Positions 9,510-18,925 of a DNA stretch of 64,000 nt are shown here, in pieces. Origin of the DNA: Chthonomonas calidirosea (GTDB taxonomy: Bacteria; Armatimonadota; Fimbriimonadia; Fimbriimonadales; Fimbriimonadaceae). Made by a program: the position numbers and the translations under genes. A model generated the notes under the pieces. That model saw nothing but the letters and a program-made list of their open reading frames with translations. It did not search any database and was not told the origin of the DNA. Each line of letters begins with the position of its first letter. The stretch's first letter is position 1. The DNA lies in contig CAMAPH010000009.1 of the NCBI GenBank assembly GCA_945859975.1, positions 14,598 to 78,597 of the forward strand, in the 5' to 3' direction.

Positions 9510-9895
9510 TCAATCTCGAGCGAACGGAAACGACGCTCCGTAGAGTCCATCTTCTCCGTCAAGTGACGGTACGCCCATTGGACCTTTTGGTTGATTTCGG
9601 CCGCATGACGCGCTTCCACCGAACCATCTGGAAAATTGCCGGGGTCGCTTCGCAAGTTCAGTCGATCGTAGGCCGCCTTGATCGCCTCGAAATCCGCCGT
9701 ACCGGAAACGCCAAGGATGCCCCTTGCCCGACCATCTGGATCCGTCATCGTCGCCGATGTCTCGATTCTCGTGGTCGTCGTGTATACCGGTTCGTCCAGT
9801 TCGCGCTGGGCCAAATCATCTACTCCCGTGATTCGCTCCCATTCGCGATTCACGTATCCACGCAACATATCGTAGGCCCGCTTCGCCTCGCTCAT
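9506..9895 (-). CDS. J-domain-like protein lacking HPD
   Basis: ARGILGVS...IKAAYDRL...SDP...INQKVQWAY matches the J-domain helical pattern. Confidence 0.65.
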   Translation of the reverse strand: MSEAKRAYDMLRGYVNREWERITGVDDLAQRELDEPVYTTTTRIETSATMTDPDGRARGILGVSGTADFEAIKAAYDRLNLRSDPGNFPDGSVEARHAAEINQKVQWAYRHLTEKMDSTERRFRSLEID

Positions 9896-9899
9896 GCTT

Positions 9900-10550
9900 T
9901 TATAATGCCACCCTTTCGCTCATAAGGGCTTGGGCATCGTCGACGCTCAGGCTTAGGCCCTTAAGTTGGGCAAGCGATTCGCGCAGCGACTCCGTGTCCA
10001 TTCCGGCGGTGCTATCTCGCCCAACCCCGACCGCAAGCCGGGCGCGCATTTCGCTGAGTCCTGCCTCGGCCTTTCGGATGTCCGCGTCCAAAGTCGCGAC
10101 CAGCGTGGTGATCTCATCGTAGTGCGCCCGCTCGGCCTGCTTTGCCTCGACCGCGCTGAGAAACGAGCTTCGCTCTCCTTCCGACTCGGCCTGATTGGCC
10201 TGTGACTGGAGCTTTTCAATCTCGATGTCGACCGCGCTGGCTTCGAACGCGAGTTTCTTCAGCTTTTGTCGAACAAGCAACGTGTCCTTTAACTGCGAGA
10301 CCACGCGGCCGGCTTCGACAACCGCTTCTCGGCCCACAAAGTAAGTTGGCGATCCTTTCGGCGCGGCGCCGGCAAGCTTTTCGATTTCCTGTTTCAACTG
10401 CCGAGACTTTGCGTACATCGAACGGCTGTCCGGGTTCAGTCCTTCGCGGTCATCCTCTTTGATGCCGGTTTTCCGGCTGGTGATCGAGCCGAGGAACACC
10501 CCGCCAATAATCAGCACTAGTACGAGAAGCAAAATTAAGAGAACATTCAT
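9900..10550 (-). CDS. Membrane-anchored coiled-coil hypothetical protein
   Basis: N-terminal hydrophobic helix followed by a long A/E/K/L-rich helical region. Confidence 0.75.
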   Translation of the reverse strand: MNVLLILLLVLVLIIGGVFLGSITSRKTGIKEDDREGLNPDSRSMYAKSRQLKQEIEKLAGAAPKGSPTYFVGREAVVEAGRVVSQLKDTLLVRQKLKKLAFEASAVDIEIEKLQSQANQAESEGERSSFLSAVEAKQAERAHYDEITTLVATLDADIRKAEAGLSEMRARLAVGVGRDSTAGMDTESLRESLAQLKGLSLSVDDAQALMSERVAL

Positions 10551-10553
10551 CGA

Positions 10554-11429
10554 CTAAAACCTAAACCGAATTTGAATCGCGACGTCGTGATACGTACCAC
10601 GACGCAATCGGATCACGGGCTCAAATGTTGTACGGTCATCCACGCGGAAAGTTGCCCCAAATCTCACGAGCTCCGTTCCAGATTGCACGCCGCGGGTAAA
10701 GCCAATCTCCGCGCGATCGAACCGATTGAGCCTGCGAGCAAGGCTAAGGTCCCAAACAGTCTGCCCTTCATCGAGCTCAGTCTCGCCCCTCGACAAAACC
10801 AAGCCTTCTAGCTTTAGGGTGTATTGCCCAATCCGGTTGATCGATTCTCCACCGTAAATCAGGCCAAATCCTCGACCGTTCCCTGGCGCGAGCTCGGGCC
10901 GTCGCAAAATTCCAAGCGAAGACGCTGCCCCACCAAAGTTTTGACCGACCATGACCGAAGCGTTCAACTGGCTGGAGCCAATCCGTCCCGCAAAGCCACT
11001 CGCCCGGCCACGGCCAGCATCGGCAAAGGCAATCGCGATCGGAAGCCCCTCAAAGATCAGGTTCGTGTCGCCTCGGACCGCTACTGCGCTCTCGGCCATG
11101 GTGCTTCGGTAACCGAACGGCAAATACTGCTTCCCAACGCGCCAGAGCCCTTCGTCTTCAACGTAAATCTCGTCGATGACTTCCCGGTCCGTGCCGAAAT
11201 CGGGACGCTGAATCCGCTGCGATGCGAAGGCGCGCAGACCCGACTCGAGAAAAAGCGTTAGTCCAACCGTCCCCGGTCGACCGTAGATATCGTAGCCACG
11301 AAGGAACGAGGAACCTCCCCGCTCGTAGCGCAAAGAACCGATTAGGTCCACTTTGACGCGAACATCCGGAGCCTGCGCGTGAGCCACACCGATGAGAAAG
11401 CAGAGGGCTATGCCCGCTCTTGCAACCAC
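10554..11429 (-). CDS. Exported protein, probable outer-membrane beta-barrel
   Basis: Signal peptide (AHA-Q), Gly-rich alternating strands, C-terminal QIRFRF. Confidence 0.65.
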   Translation of the reverse strand: MVARAGIALCFLIGVAHAQAPDVRVKVDLIGSLRYERGGSSFLRGYDIYGRPGTVGLTLFLESGLRAFASQRIQRPDFGTDREVIDEIYVEDEGLWRVGKQYLPFGYRSTMAESAVAVRGDTNLIFEGLPIAIAFADAGRGRASGFAGRIGSSQLNASVMVGQNFGGAASSLGILRRPELAPGNGRGFGLIYGGESINRIGQYTLKLEGLVLSRGETELDEGQTVWDLSLARRLNRFDRAEIGFTRGVQSGTELVRFGATFRVDDRTTFEPVIRLRRGTYHDVAIQIRFRF

Positions 11430-12658
11430 TTAACCACCTCGGCGCGCGGGAGCAGGAACTGCTCGGACTTCGCAAGTTCCTTGACCTGCACCGCGGACTC
11501 CTGCACCTCCGTGTCGCCAATGACGAGCGCGAACCGAGCGCCGCTCTTATCGGCCTGCCGCATTTGCGATTTCATCGTGCGAGCTTCGACATCCCAATCC
11601 GTCGCAATACAGTTATCGCGAAGCTCGCGAACGAGGTTTCTTGCGGCGGCGGTTTGTCCCGCACTGACCACGAACGCAAGGGGCATTGGATCTGGGATCG
11701 CAACTTCGTAAGCTTCTAAAGCCAGCAAGACCCGTTCTACGCCAATGCCAACGCCGACGCTCGGAGTCGCCGCGCCACCAATCTCTCTGATGAGATTGTC
11801 ATACCTTCCGCCACCGCAAAGGCTGCTCTGTGACCCAAGTTTGTCGCTTTGAACTTCGAAGACGGTCTCGGTGTAATAGTCGAGCCCACGAACGATTTCT
11901 GGGGCCAAGCGATACTTCACCCCCGCCTCGGCCAGCAACTCTTGGATGGTCTCGAACCGCTGCTTCGAGTCGTCCTCCAAGAAGTCGGTCACCGGCGCGA
12001 GCCCGGCAAGGACGGCATGCACTTTCTCGTCCTTCGAGTCCAGCAGCCGCATTGGGTTCTTTTGCGCCTTTTCTTGTTCTTCCGTCGTTTGCTCGGCCAG
12101 CCAGGGCGCGATGTGCTCCAAAATCGCCGCTCGGTACCGCTCGCGGCACTCGGTTCGGCCAATCGAGTTCAGCAAAATCACCGAGTCTGGAATCCCAATC
12201 TTCGCGAAGAAGCGAGAAACAACTTCCAGAACCTCCGCATCAGCGTGAGCCGAATTTGCCCCGACAAGCTCAAGTCCAAGCTGGTGAGCTTCCCGCAATC
12301 GCCCCTTCTGCGGTCGCCCATAGCGGAAGAACGGCGTGACGTAAGCTAACCGCAGCACGGTGCCAGGTGGGCAAAGGCTGTGCTCCACCACCGCCCGCAT
12401 CGCCGGGGCCGTTCCTTCGGGCTTCAAGGTGATGCTCCGGTCGCCCTGGTCGCGGAAGGTGTACATCTCCTTGCTCACGATGTCGCTCGTCTCACCCGAA
12501 GTGCGAATGAAAAGCTGCGTGTCCTCAAAGGTCGGCGTTCTAATTTCGCCGTAACCGTAAAGATGCGTCAGTTCCAACCAAGCCGATTCAACGTGCCGCC
12601 ACTTCCCTGCCTGTGCCGGTAATACATCCTCCGTCCCTCGTTGGGCTTGAAACTTCAT
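11408..12658 (-). CDS. hisS: Histidine--tRNA ligase
   Basis: KEMYTF, LKPEGTA, FRYGRPQKGR, VRGLDYY and GGGRYD motifs. Confidence 0.98.
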   Translation of the reverse strand: MKFQAQRGTEDVLPAQAGKWRHVESAWLELTHLYGYGEIRTPTFEDTQLFIRTSGETSDIVSKEMYTFRDQGDRSITLKPEGTAPAMRAVVEHSLCPPGTVLRLAYVTPFFRYGRPQKGRLREAHQLGLELVGANSAHADAEVLEVVSRFFAKIGIPDSVILLNSIGRTECRERYRAAILEHIAPWLAEQTTEEQEKAQKNPMRLLDSKDEKVHAVLAGLAPVTDFLEDDSKQRFETIQELLAEAGVKYRLAPEIVRGLDYYTETVFEVQSDKLGSQSSLCGGGRYDNLIREIGGAATPSVGVGIGVERVLLALEAYEVAIPDPMPLAFVVSAGQTAAARNLVRELRDNCIATDWDVEARTMKSQMRQADKSGARFALVIGDTEVQESAVQVKELAKSEQFLLPRAEVVKWLQERA

Positions 12659-12674
12659 CTATTCATTATGTTCG

Positions 12675-12707
12675 TGGACCGGAAAGCGAGGCTCGCTTTC
12701 CGGTCCA
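12675..12707. repeat. Perfect 16-bp inverted repeat between proS and hisS
   Basis: TGGACCGGAAAGCGAG-G-CTCGCTTTCCGGTCCA. Confidence 0.85.
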
Positions 12708-12712
12708 AACGA

Positions 12713-14212
12713 TCAGTAAGCCCGTGCAAACACAACGCGGCGGGCCGATGGCTTGCCGCTGAAGACGCAAACGCCGGGCTCTTCGTCCGAAGGGTGCAGT
12801 GGCACCAGCGGGATGCAGCGTATGGTGGCCTTGGTCGCATCCGAAATCGCGTCTTCCGTCTCTTGAGTCCCATCCCAGTGGGCAACTACAAACCCTGCGC
12901 CGCCTTCGCCGGAGAAGATCTCCTGGAATTCGGCCCAGGTGTCTACGCGCCGAGTATTGGCCTCACGGAATGCAAGTGCCTTCTGATAGATGTCCTTCTG
13001 CGCTGCGTCAAGACTGGCCTCAACCGACGCAAGAACGTCGTCCAGCAAAACGGTCGCCTTCTCGCCAGTGTCTCGTCGGGCAAGAACTACCGAACCCGCA
13101 TCCAGATCACGTGGACCGACTTCGATTCGCACCGGTACGCCACGAAGCTCCCAGTGGTTGTACTTCGCGCCAGGAGATTCCTTGTCGCGCTCGTCAATCT
13201 TCACGCGCAGACCCTTTGCCCGCAGCAACTCAGCGATGGAGCGAGACACCCCGATCGTGCGCTCGCGGGTTTCGGCATCCTTGCCCATTGGAACGATGAC
13301 AACCTGGATAGGCGCGATGCGAGGAGGGCAAACGAAGCCCTTGTCGTCGGAGTGCGCCATGATCAGCGTGCCGATGAGTCGGGTTGAGACGCCCCACGAG
13401 GTGGCATAAACGTATTCGAGCTTCCCTTCCGCCGACTGGAACTTACAGTCGAAAGCCTTGGCAAAGTTCTGGCCAAGATGGTGCGAAGTTCCGGCTTGGA
13501 TCGCTTTTCCGTCCTGAGTCAGCGCTTCGATACAGTAGGTATGGTCGGCGCCCTTAAACTTTTCGCCTTCCGACTTCAATCCGACGAGCACCGGAACGGC
13601 CATCCAATCCTCCGCAAAGCTGCGATAACACTCCAAAATCGTCTTGGTTTCTTCTTCTGCCTCATCGTAGGTAGCGTGGGCGGTGTGGCCTTCTTGCCAA
13701 AGGAATTCGGTGGTGCGCAAGAACATGCGCGTGCGCATTTCCCAGCGCACAACGTTCGCCCACTGGTTGATCAAAATCGGCAGGTCACGGTAGCTCTGAA
13801 TCCACTTGCTGTAGCTGTTCCAAATGATCGTTTCGCTCGTAGGCCGCACGATCAGAGGCTCTTCGAGGACAGCGTCAGGGTCGGGAATCAACCCAGGGCC
13901 GTTTGGATTCGCCTTCAAGCGGTGGTGCGTGACGACCGCGCACTCTTTCGCGAAACCGTCGACGTGCTCGGCTTCCTTTTCAAAAAATGACTTCGGAATG
14001 AATAGCGGGAAATAGGCGTTCTGGTGTCCGGTGGCCTTGAACATATCGTCCAGGGCGCGCTGCATATTTTCCCAAAGCGCATAACCGTGCGGCTTGATGA
14101 CCATGCAGCCTCGAACGGCTGAATAGTCGGCGAGATCGGCCTTTTGGACCAGCTCGTTGTACCACTCGCTAAAGTTATCGGCGCGGGAAGGAATCCCAAG
14201 GTTGCTACTCAC
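12713..14212 (-). CDS. proS: Proline--tRNA ligase, eukaryote/archaea-like type
   Basis: [30 protein letters not shown] and [12 protein letters not shown] motifs, C-terminal FARAY. Start is GTG at 14212 or 14218. Confidence 0.97.
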   Translation of the reverse strand: MSSNLGIPSRADNFSEWYNELVQKADLADYSAVRGCMVIKPHGYALWENMQRALDDMFKATGHQNAYFPLFIPKSFFEKEAEHVDGFAKECAVVTHHRLKANPNGPGLIPDPDAVLEEPLIVRPTSETIIWNSYSKWIQSYRDLPILINQWANVVRWEMRTRMFLRTTEFLWQEGHTAHATYDEAEEETKTILECYRSFAEDWMAVPVLVGLKSEGEKFKGADHTYCIEALTQDGKAIQAGTSHHLGQNFAKAFDCKFQSAEGKLEYVYATSWGVSTRLIGTLIMAHSDDKGFVCPPRIAPIQVVIVPMGKDAETRERTIGVSRSIAELLRAKGLRVKIDERDKESPGAKYNHWELRGVPVRIEVGPRDLDAGSVVLARRDTGEKATVLLDDVLASVEASLDAAQKDIYQKALAFREANTRRVDTWAEFQEIFSGEGGAGFVVAHWDGTQETEDAISDATKATIRCIPLVPLHPSDEEPGVCVFSGKPSARRVVFARAY

Positions 14213-14342
14213 CCGCACATTCTGACAGGTTAAGGTTTGGTCATTCGCGCAGAAAGTGGTGCGAAACGTCCCGCCTACGTCCGATCATAACCGTTGCCGC
14301 GCAAGATTAACGGTATCTTCGAAACCCGCCTGGGAAAACTTA

Positions 14343-14717
14343 ATGGACAAATCGGAACTGGAATCATACGAAGTCCTGGACTTGGGCATGCTCAGCGAAT
14401 CGTCCATGGGCGACGCCGATTTTGAGCAGCAGCTCATCGAAGTCTTTATGAGTACAGCGCCAAACCTAATCACGGATTACGAACTTGCCGTTCGAGAAGA
14501 CCGGTGGAACGACGCGCACCGGGCCGTTCACTCGCTGAAGGGCTGTTGCCGTGCCCTTGGAATGACGCGTCTTGGCATGGTCTGTGAGACCGTGGAAACG
14601 TGGAGCAAAACAGACCGGGCAAGTACCGAACCATTCTCGCCTGAGGACCTGCGGACCGAACTTGGAATCACCGTCGGCGTGCTTCGCACTTCTCGCCGTG
14701 GCTCCGCAAGCCGCTAA
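14343..14717 (+). CDS. Stand-alone Hpt (histidine phosphotransfer) protein
   Basis: AVHSLKG..RALG motif. Confidence 0.85.
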   Translation: MDKSELESYEVLDLGMLSESSMGDADFEQQLIEVFMSTAPNLITDYELAVREDRWNDAHRAVHSLKGCCRALGMTRLGMVCETVETWSKTDRASTEPFSPEDLRTELGITVGVLRTSRRGSASR

Positions 14718-14734
14718 AAATCAGTCGGACAAAT

Positions 14735-14772
14735 AAATTGGGCCAGGTTGATTTCTCAACCTGGCCCAATTT
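14735..14772. terminator. Bidirectional intrinsic terminator
   Basis: AAATTGGGCCAGGTTGA-TTTC-TCAACCTGGCCCAATTT between convergent genes. Confidence 0.85.
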
Positions 14773-14784
14773 CATGTTTAGGTC

Positions 14785-15489
14785 TTAGGCAGACTGCTTT
14801 CGTCGTCGGAACATGGCGAGAACGCCAACGCCGAGGGCGAGCATCGAAGCTGGCTCTGGAACCGGATTGTTGGTCTTAGCGCGAATTCCGCCGAGGTTCA
14901 AGCCGATGTCGTTGTAGTCCTTGTCGCCGAGGTTTGGAAGATCTTCCCAAGCCACGAGAAGGCCAGCTGGCTTCACGCCTGCAGCATCTCGATCCTTAAG
15001 AACAACCGCTCGGTTCTGGTTGTTTGGGTTGCGCCAGGTTTCGCTGTAGTAAACAGTCGATGGCGTGGCGTTGTCGCCGCTGCTGAAAGCAAGGCCAAAG
15101 GTTCCGTTGATCTTGACCGAGGTCGAGGTTGGGAAGCCGGAGGAAGCGCCGCCGAGAACCCAGGTGATCTGTGGGTTAAGAGCCGTTAGGTCGGTGTAGT
15201 AGCCGATCTTGTGCTTGTTGGCAAATCCAGCTTTCTGGAACAAAACGCTCCAGTCGGCCGACTTGGTTGGGTCAACGAATTCGAACAATCGACCAGATTC
15301 CTGATCGCCAAAGTTGGATGCCGAACCCACCGAGCTCAGGGAGCCGGTGTTTCGAACGAGAGTCTGAAGATCGGTGCCAACGCCATCAGGGCTGGTGAGA
15401 AGTCCTGCCGTATTCACAAGCTGCGCTTGCGACTGGGCGGCGACTCCAACCAGCGCAAAGCTGATAAGGAAAATACGGGACTTAAACAT
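14785..15489 (-). CDS. PEP-CTERM protein with DUF4114-like domain (paralog 1)
   Basis: Signal peptide, WEDLPNLGDKDYND motif, VPEPAS + transmembrane helix + RRRK. Confidence 0.9.
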   Translation of the reverse strand: MFKSRIFLISFALVGVAAQSQAQLVNTAGLLTSPDGVGTDLQTLVRNTGSLSSVGSASNFGDQESGRLFEFVDPTKSADWSVLFQKAGFANKHKIGYYTDLTALNPQITWVLGGASSGFPTSTSVKINGTFGLAFSSGDNATPSTVYYSETWRNPNNQNRAVVLKDRDAAGVKPAGLLVAWEDLPNLGDKDYNDIGLNLGGIRAKTNNPVPEPASMLALGVGVLAMFRRRKQSA

Positions 15490-15540
15490 GTCATCCGTAG
15501 TCTCGCAGACCAACCCAGTTGGTTACGCGTCACGAAAATA

Positions 15541-15562
15541 CGGTCCCACAAAAGTGGGACCG
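15541..15562 (-). terminator. Probable intrinsic terminator between PEP-CTERM genes
   Basis: CGGTCCCAC-AAAA-GTGGGACCG hairpin, followed by TATTTT on the minus strand. Confidence 0.6.
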
Positions 15563-15601
15563 GCAATATATTCCGTTTGAACCGACTCGCAGGTCGTCGG
15601 A

Positions 15602-16306
15602 TCAGCGCTTTTTGCGTCGCAGCAATGCGGTGACGCCGAGACCGAGGGCTAACATCGACGCTGGCTCAGGTACCGGAGCCGTGGTCCGTGCGACGACACC
15701 GTTCAGGTGCAGTCCGAAGTCGTTGTAGTCCTGGTCGCCCAAGTTGTAGCCGTCTTCCCAAGAGACGGTCAAGCCGAAAGGACGAAGTCCATTCAGATCT
15801 CGATCCTTCAAAACTGCGACTCGATTCTGCTGATCTTTGTTCCTCCAAGATTCGCTGTAGTAAATCGTCGACTTCTTAGGATCACTGTTGTCGCCGCTTC
15901 CAAAAACCAAGCCAAAGGTGCCGTTGATCTTCACGTCCGCGGAGGTTGGTAGTCCGGAGCCGCTGCCACCAAGGACCCAAGTGATCTTGGGGTTCGTCGC
16001 CGTCAAGTCGGTGTAGTAGCCCAGCATGTGCCGAGGCGCGTAGCCTGCCTTCTGCCAGTTGATGCTCCACTTCTGCGGAGTCTTCGGATCCTGAAGATCG
16101 AACAATCGACCGCTAGCCTGGTCGCCGGTGTCCTTGCCCGAGCCGACAGAACTAAGTTGGCCCGAACCTCGCGTGAGAGTTTGAAGATCGGTACCGACTC
16201 CATCGCCGCCTGTCGTGAGCTTCGATGGGGAAATGAATTGCGCTTGAGCTTGAGCTGAAAACGCCACCCCGAGAAAAGCAACAGAAAGAAGATTCAATTT
16301 AATCAT
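15602..16306 (-). CDS. PEP-CTERM protein with DUF4114-like domain (paralog 2)
   Basis: Signal peptide, WEDGYNLGDQDYNDFG, VPEPAS-TM-RRKKR. Confidence 0.9.
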   Translation of the reverse strand: MIKLNLLSVAFLGVAFSAQAQAQFISPSKLTTGGDGVGTDLQTLTRGSGQLSSVGSGKDTGDQASGRLFDLQDPKTPQKWSINWQKAGYAPRHMLGYYTDLTATNPKITWVLGGSGSGLPTSADVKINGTFGLVFGSGDNSDPKKSTIYYSESWRNKDQQNRVAVLKDRDLNGLRPFGLTVSWEDGYNLGDQDYNDFGLHLNGVVARTTAPVPEPASMLALGLGVTALLRRKKR

Positions 16307-16323
16307 GCTTCTATTGTTGATTC

Positions 16324-17067
16324 CTAATGAACGACCCTCAAGTCGCCAGTTCGTGGTCGCATTACCCCGGTGCCCGAAACGGGTTCACCGAAAGGTGTCA
16401 CCGCAAATTCGGCACTCATGATTGTCTTGGTCCGACGACGCATTACGAAGAAGATCAGACCTCCGGCAAAAGGAATCACCGCAGCCGGTTCCGGCACAGG
16501 GCTCGCCGTTTCTAGCCTTTTGCGAAATCTGTACGCCTCAGGCCCGGATAGTTCTTCGGTTTTAGCAGCCAAACTCTCAATCGAGTTCAGTACTTCGGCA
16601 GAATCAGCAAGCAGGTCAGAAGATCCTTCCCGCGCCAAGGAAGGAACATCGTCCCCGGAGCTGCTCCAGAGCGGAGGAACGGATGCATTGCTCAGGTTGA
16701 GCAAAAGCGGATTCGTTGGAAGGAAGCTCGAATATAAGTTTCCGGCGGATTTTGCTTCTAGAGAACTCCTCATGGGCATCACAAAGTCATCGCCTAGTCG
16801 GGGACCGGCATCAGGAACCCGCACGCCGGAATTTTGCCGCCGTCGAAAAGGAACATCAATTCTTTGAGTTATGAGCTTGGATGGCCGAGGGGGCGGTGGG
16901 GACCAAACAGACCAAATGGTTCCCAAGTTCGCCGCCATGCTTTTCTTCTCTTTGTTGGCTTGGTGCACGCCGACTTCTGCTAGGTCGTTCGCGGCTTTCA
17001 CGATCGGGGCCGTGTCCGGAAGCTGAGCGCTGAAGATACAAAGCGAAATCAAAAGTAGCTTCTGCAT
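16324..17067 (-). CDS. PEP-CTERM protein, Ser/Pro-rich and unrelated to its neighbours
   Basis: Signal-like N-terminus, VPEPAA-TM-RRR followed by an extended tail. Confidence 0.7.
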   Translation of the reverse strand: MQKLLLISLCIFSAQLPDTAPIVKAANDLAEVGVHQANKEKKSMAANLGTIWSVWSPPPPRPSKLITQRIDVPFRRRQNSGVRVPDAGPRLGDDFVMPMRSSLEAKSAGNLYSSFLPTNPLLLNLSNASVPPLWSSSGDDVPSLAREGSSDLLADSAEVLNSIESLAAKTEELSGPEAYRFRKRLETASPVPEPAAVIPFAGGLIFFVMRRRTKTIMSAEFAVTPFGEPVSGTGVMRPRTGDLRVVH

Positions 17068-17100
17068 CTCAAACTCCTAAACTTTCGGCTGCGGGAGAAT

Positions 17101-17820
17101 TCATACGACGCAACGTTGGCTGCGCTTTCGTTGAGAAATGAAGGTGACTAGTCCCACCGCGATGATCAAAACAGGTGCAGGCTCTGGTACGGGTGCGTAC
17201 TTTTGGGCCACGACGCCATCGAGGTGAAGGCCAAAGTCGTTGTAGTCTTGGTCACCTAAGTTGTAACCATCTTCCCAGGAAACGGTTAATCCAAATGGGC
17301 GGAGGCCGTTGAGGTCACGATCCTTCAGGACTGCAACGCGATTCTGCTTAGCCGAGTTGCGCCAAGATTCGCTGTAATAAATTGTCGATTTCTTTGGATC
17401 GTTGTTGTCCCCGCTACCGAAAACCAATCCAAACGTTCCGTCAATTTTGACCTTTGCTGAACTTGGCAAGCCAGAGTTGCTGCCGCCGAGAACCCAAGTG
17501 ATCTTCGGGTTCGTCGCCGTAATATCCGTGTAGTAGCCAAGCATGTGTCGTGGGGCGAAGCCTGCACGCTGCCAGCTGATTTGCCAATTCTGCGCCGTGG
17601 TCGGATCCTGCAAATTGAATAAGCGACCCGCTGCTTGATCGCCAGTGTCTAAACCCGAACCCACTGAGCTCAGTTGTCCCGAACCTCGTGTCAGGGTCTG
17701 AAGATCGCTCCCTACACTATCACCACTTCGCAACAAATTGGAGGGGTTGATGGTTTGGGCGTTGACCTGTGCTACAGCACAGAGCAACAAACCCGAACCG
17801 ACGGACAAAACTAATTTCAT
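17101..17820 (-). CDS. PEP-CTERM protein with DUF4114-like domain (paralog 3)
   Basis: Core nearly identical to 15602..16306; VPEPAP-TM-QRKR. Confidence 0.9.
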   Translation of the reverse strand: MKLVLSVGSGLLLCAVAQVNAQTINPSNLLRSGDSVGSDLQTLTRGSGQLSSVGSGLDTGDQAAGRLFNLQDPTTAQNWQISWQRAGFAPRHMLGYYTDITATNPKITWVLGGSNSGLPSSAKVKIDGTFGLVFGSGDNNDPKKSTIYYSESWRNSAKQNRVAVLKDRDLNGLRPFGLTVSWEDGYNLGDQDYNDFGLHLDGVVAQKYAPVPEPAPVLIIAVGLVTFISQRKRSQRCVV

Positions 17821-17871
17821 GGGTTCATTCTTGCTTTTGGTGCTCGCAGATTCCAGCGGCGAGAATGAGGC

Positions 17872-17955
17872 GGTTGCTCTGGGGTGATTGAGTTTGGGCG
17901 ATTGATCTGGGGCGATTGATCTAGGGTGATTGATCTGGGGTGGTTGATCTCGGGT
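17872..17955. repeat. Tandem repeat, 6 x 14 bp, consensus GATTGATCTGGGGT
   Basis: Units: ggttgctctggggt, gattgagtttgggc, gattgatctggggc, gattgatctagggt, gattgatctggggt, ggttgatctcgggt. Confidence 0.9.
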
Positions 17956-18021
17956 ACCGGATTAGCGCGACATTGGTCCACCTAGTTTGCGACCCAGGAG
18001 GTCAAGGTGTAGTATTGACGG

Positions 18022-18921
18022 ATGAATTCAAGCGCACTCCGAATCCCCCTTTTGGCTTTGCTCCTGGCTGGCTGCGTGTCCCCCGTTCCCGCGCAAACCA
18101 AGGGTCCGGGCAGATACGTTGAGACACTTGAATCCGAAGGGGTCAAGCGCTCCTACATCCTTCGAATCCCAAAGAAGGTGGAAGACGGCAAGCCCCTCCC
18201 GGTAGTGCTCATCCTTCACGGCTGGACCGGAACCGCCGCGCTTGCAGAGGTGTACACCGACACGGCAGAAGAAGCCGAGAAGCGCGGCTACATCGCGGTT
18301 TATCCCGATGGGCTGGGCGAGCGACCAGGCTGGAACGCCGGTTTCATCGACCTTTCGGGACAGAAGAAAGACGATGTTGCTTTCATGTCCGCGATCCTTG
18401 ACAAGGTCGAAAGCGAAGTCAAGGTGGACAAGAACCGCGTGTATATGTGCGGGCACTCAAACGGAGCCTTCATGTCTCACTTCGCCGCCACGCAGATTGG
18501 CGACCGACTTGCGGCCATCGGAGCCGTCGCAGGAACCACCGGGGTTGGACCTCGGATCATCCCCAATCCCAAGGAACCGGTATCCGTTCTCATGATCCAC
18601 GCGAAGAACGACAACACCGTGGCCTACGACGAGAACAGCCAAAGTCTGCTGAAAGGAATCTCCCAGTCCAAGAGCGCCCAGTGGTGGGCCAAGCAACTCG
18701 GCATTACCGCACCAGCAGAAAAGTCTGAGATCAACGATGGCAAGGTGGTAACCGAGACTTGGAAAAACGGCAAGAACGGACGCATGGTTCAGCTCGTGAC
18801 CTTGGCTGACGGCGGCCATGCGTGGCCCGGCGGCAGAACCGTCGGCGGCAAAGAAACCGCCAGCGGTATCCGCGCAAGCATCCTCCTGTTTGACTTCTTC
18901 GACGCAAACCCGAAGAAGTAA
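18022..18921 (+). CDS. LpqC/PHB-depolymerase-like esterase, lipoprotein
   Basis: LLAGC lipobox, LHG, GHSNG nucleophile elbow and GGHAWPG motif. Confidence 0.85.
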   Translation: MNSSALRIPLLALLLAGCVSPVPAQTKGPGRYVETLESEGVKRSYILRIPKKVEDGKPLPVVLILHGWTGTAALAEVYTDTAEEAEKRGYIAVYPDGLGERPGWNAGFIDLSGQKKDDVAFMSAILDKVESEVKVDKNRVYMCGHSNGAFMSHFAATQIGDRLAAIGAVAGTTGVGPRIIPNPKEPVSVLMIHAKNDNTVAYDENSQSLLKGISQSKSAQWWAKQLGITAPAEKSEINDGKVVTETWKNGKNGRMVQLVTLADGGHAWPGGRTVGGKETASGIRASILLFDFFDANPKK

Positions 18922-18925
18922 CGGC

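Noticed and set aside
14219..14342. T-box leader for proS/hisS
   Set aside because: No T-box consensus is visible, and a -10-like box directly abuts the start codon.
16365..16420. GAAA-capped hairpins resembling a c-di-GMP-I riboswitch
   Set aside because: The match to the consensus is poor, and it lies antisense to and inside a coding tail.
17872..17955. Possible CRISPR array
   Set aside because: The units are contiguous 14-mers without unique spacers, and no cas genes are present.
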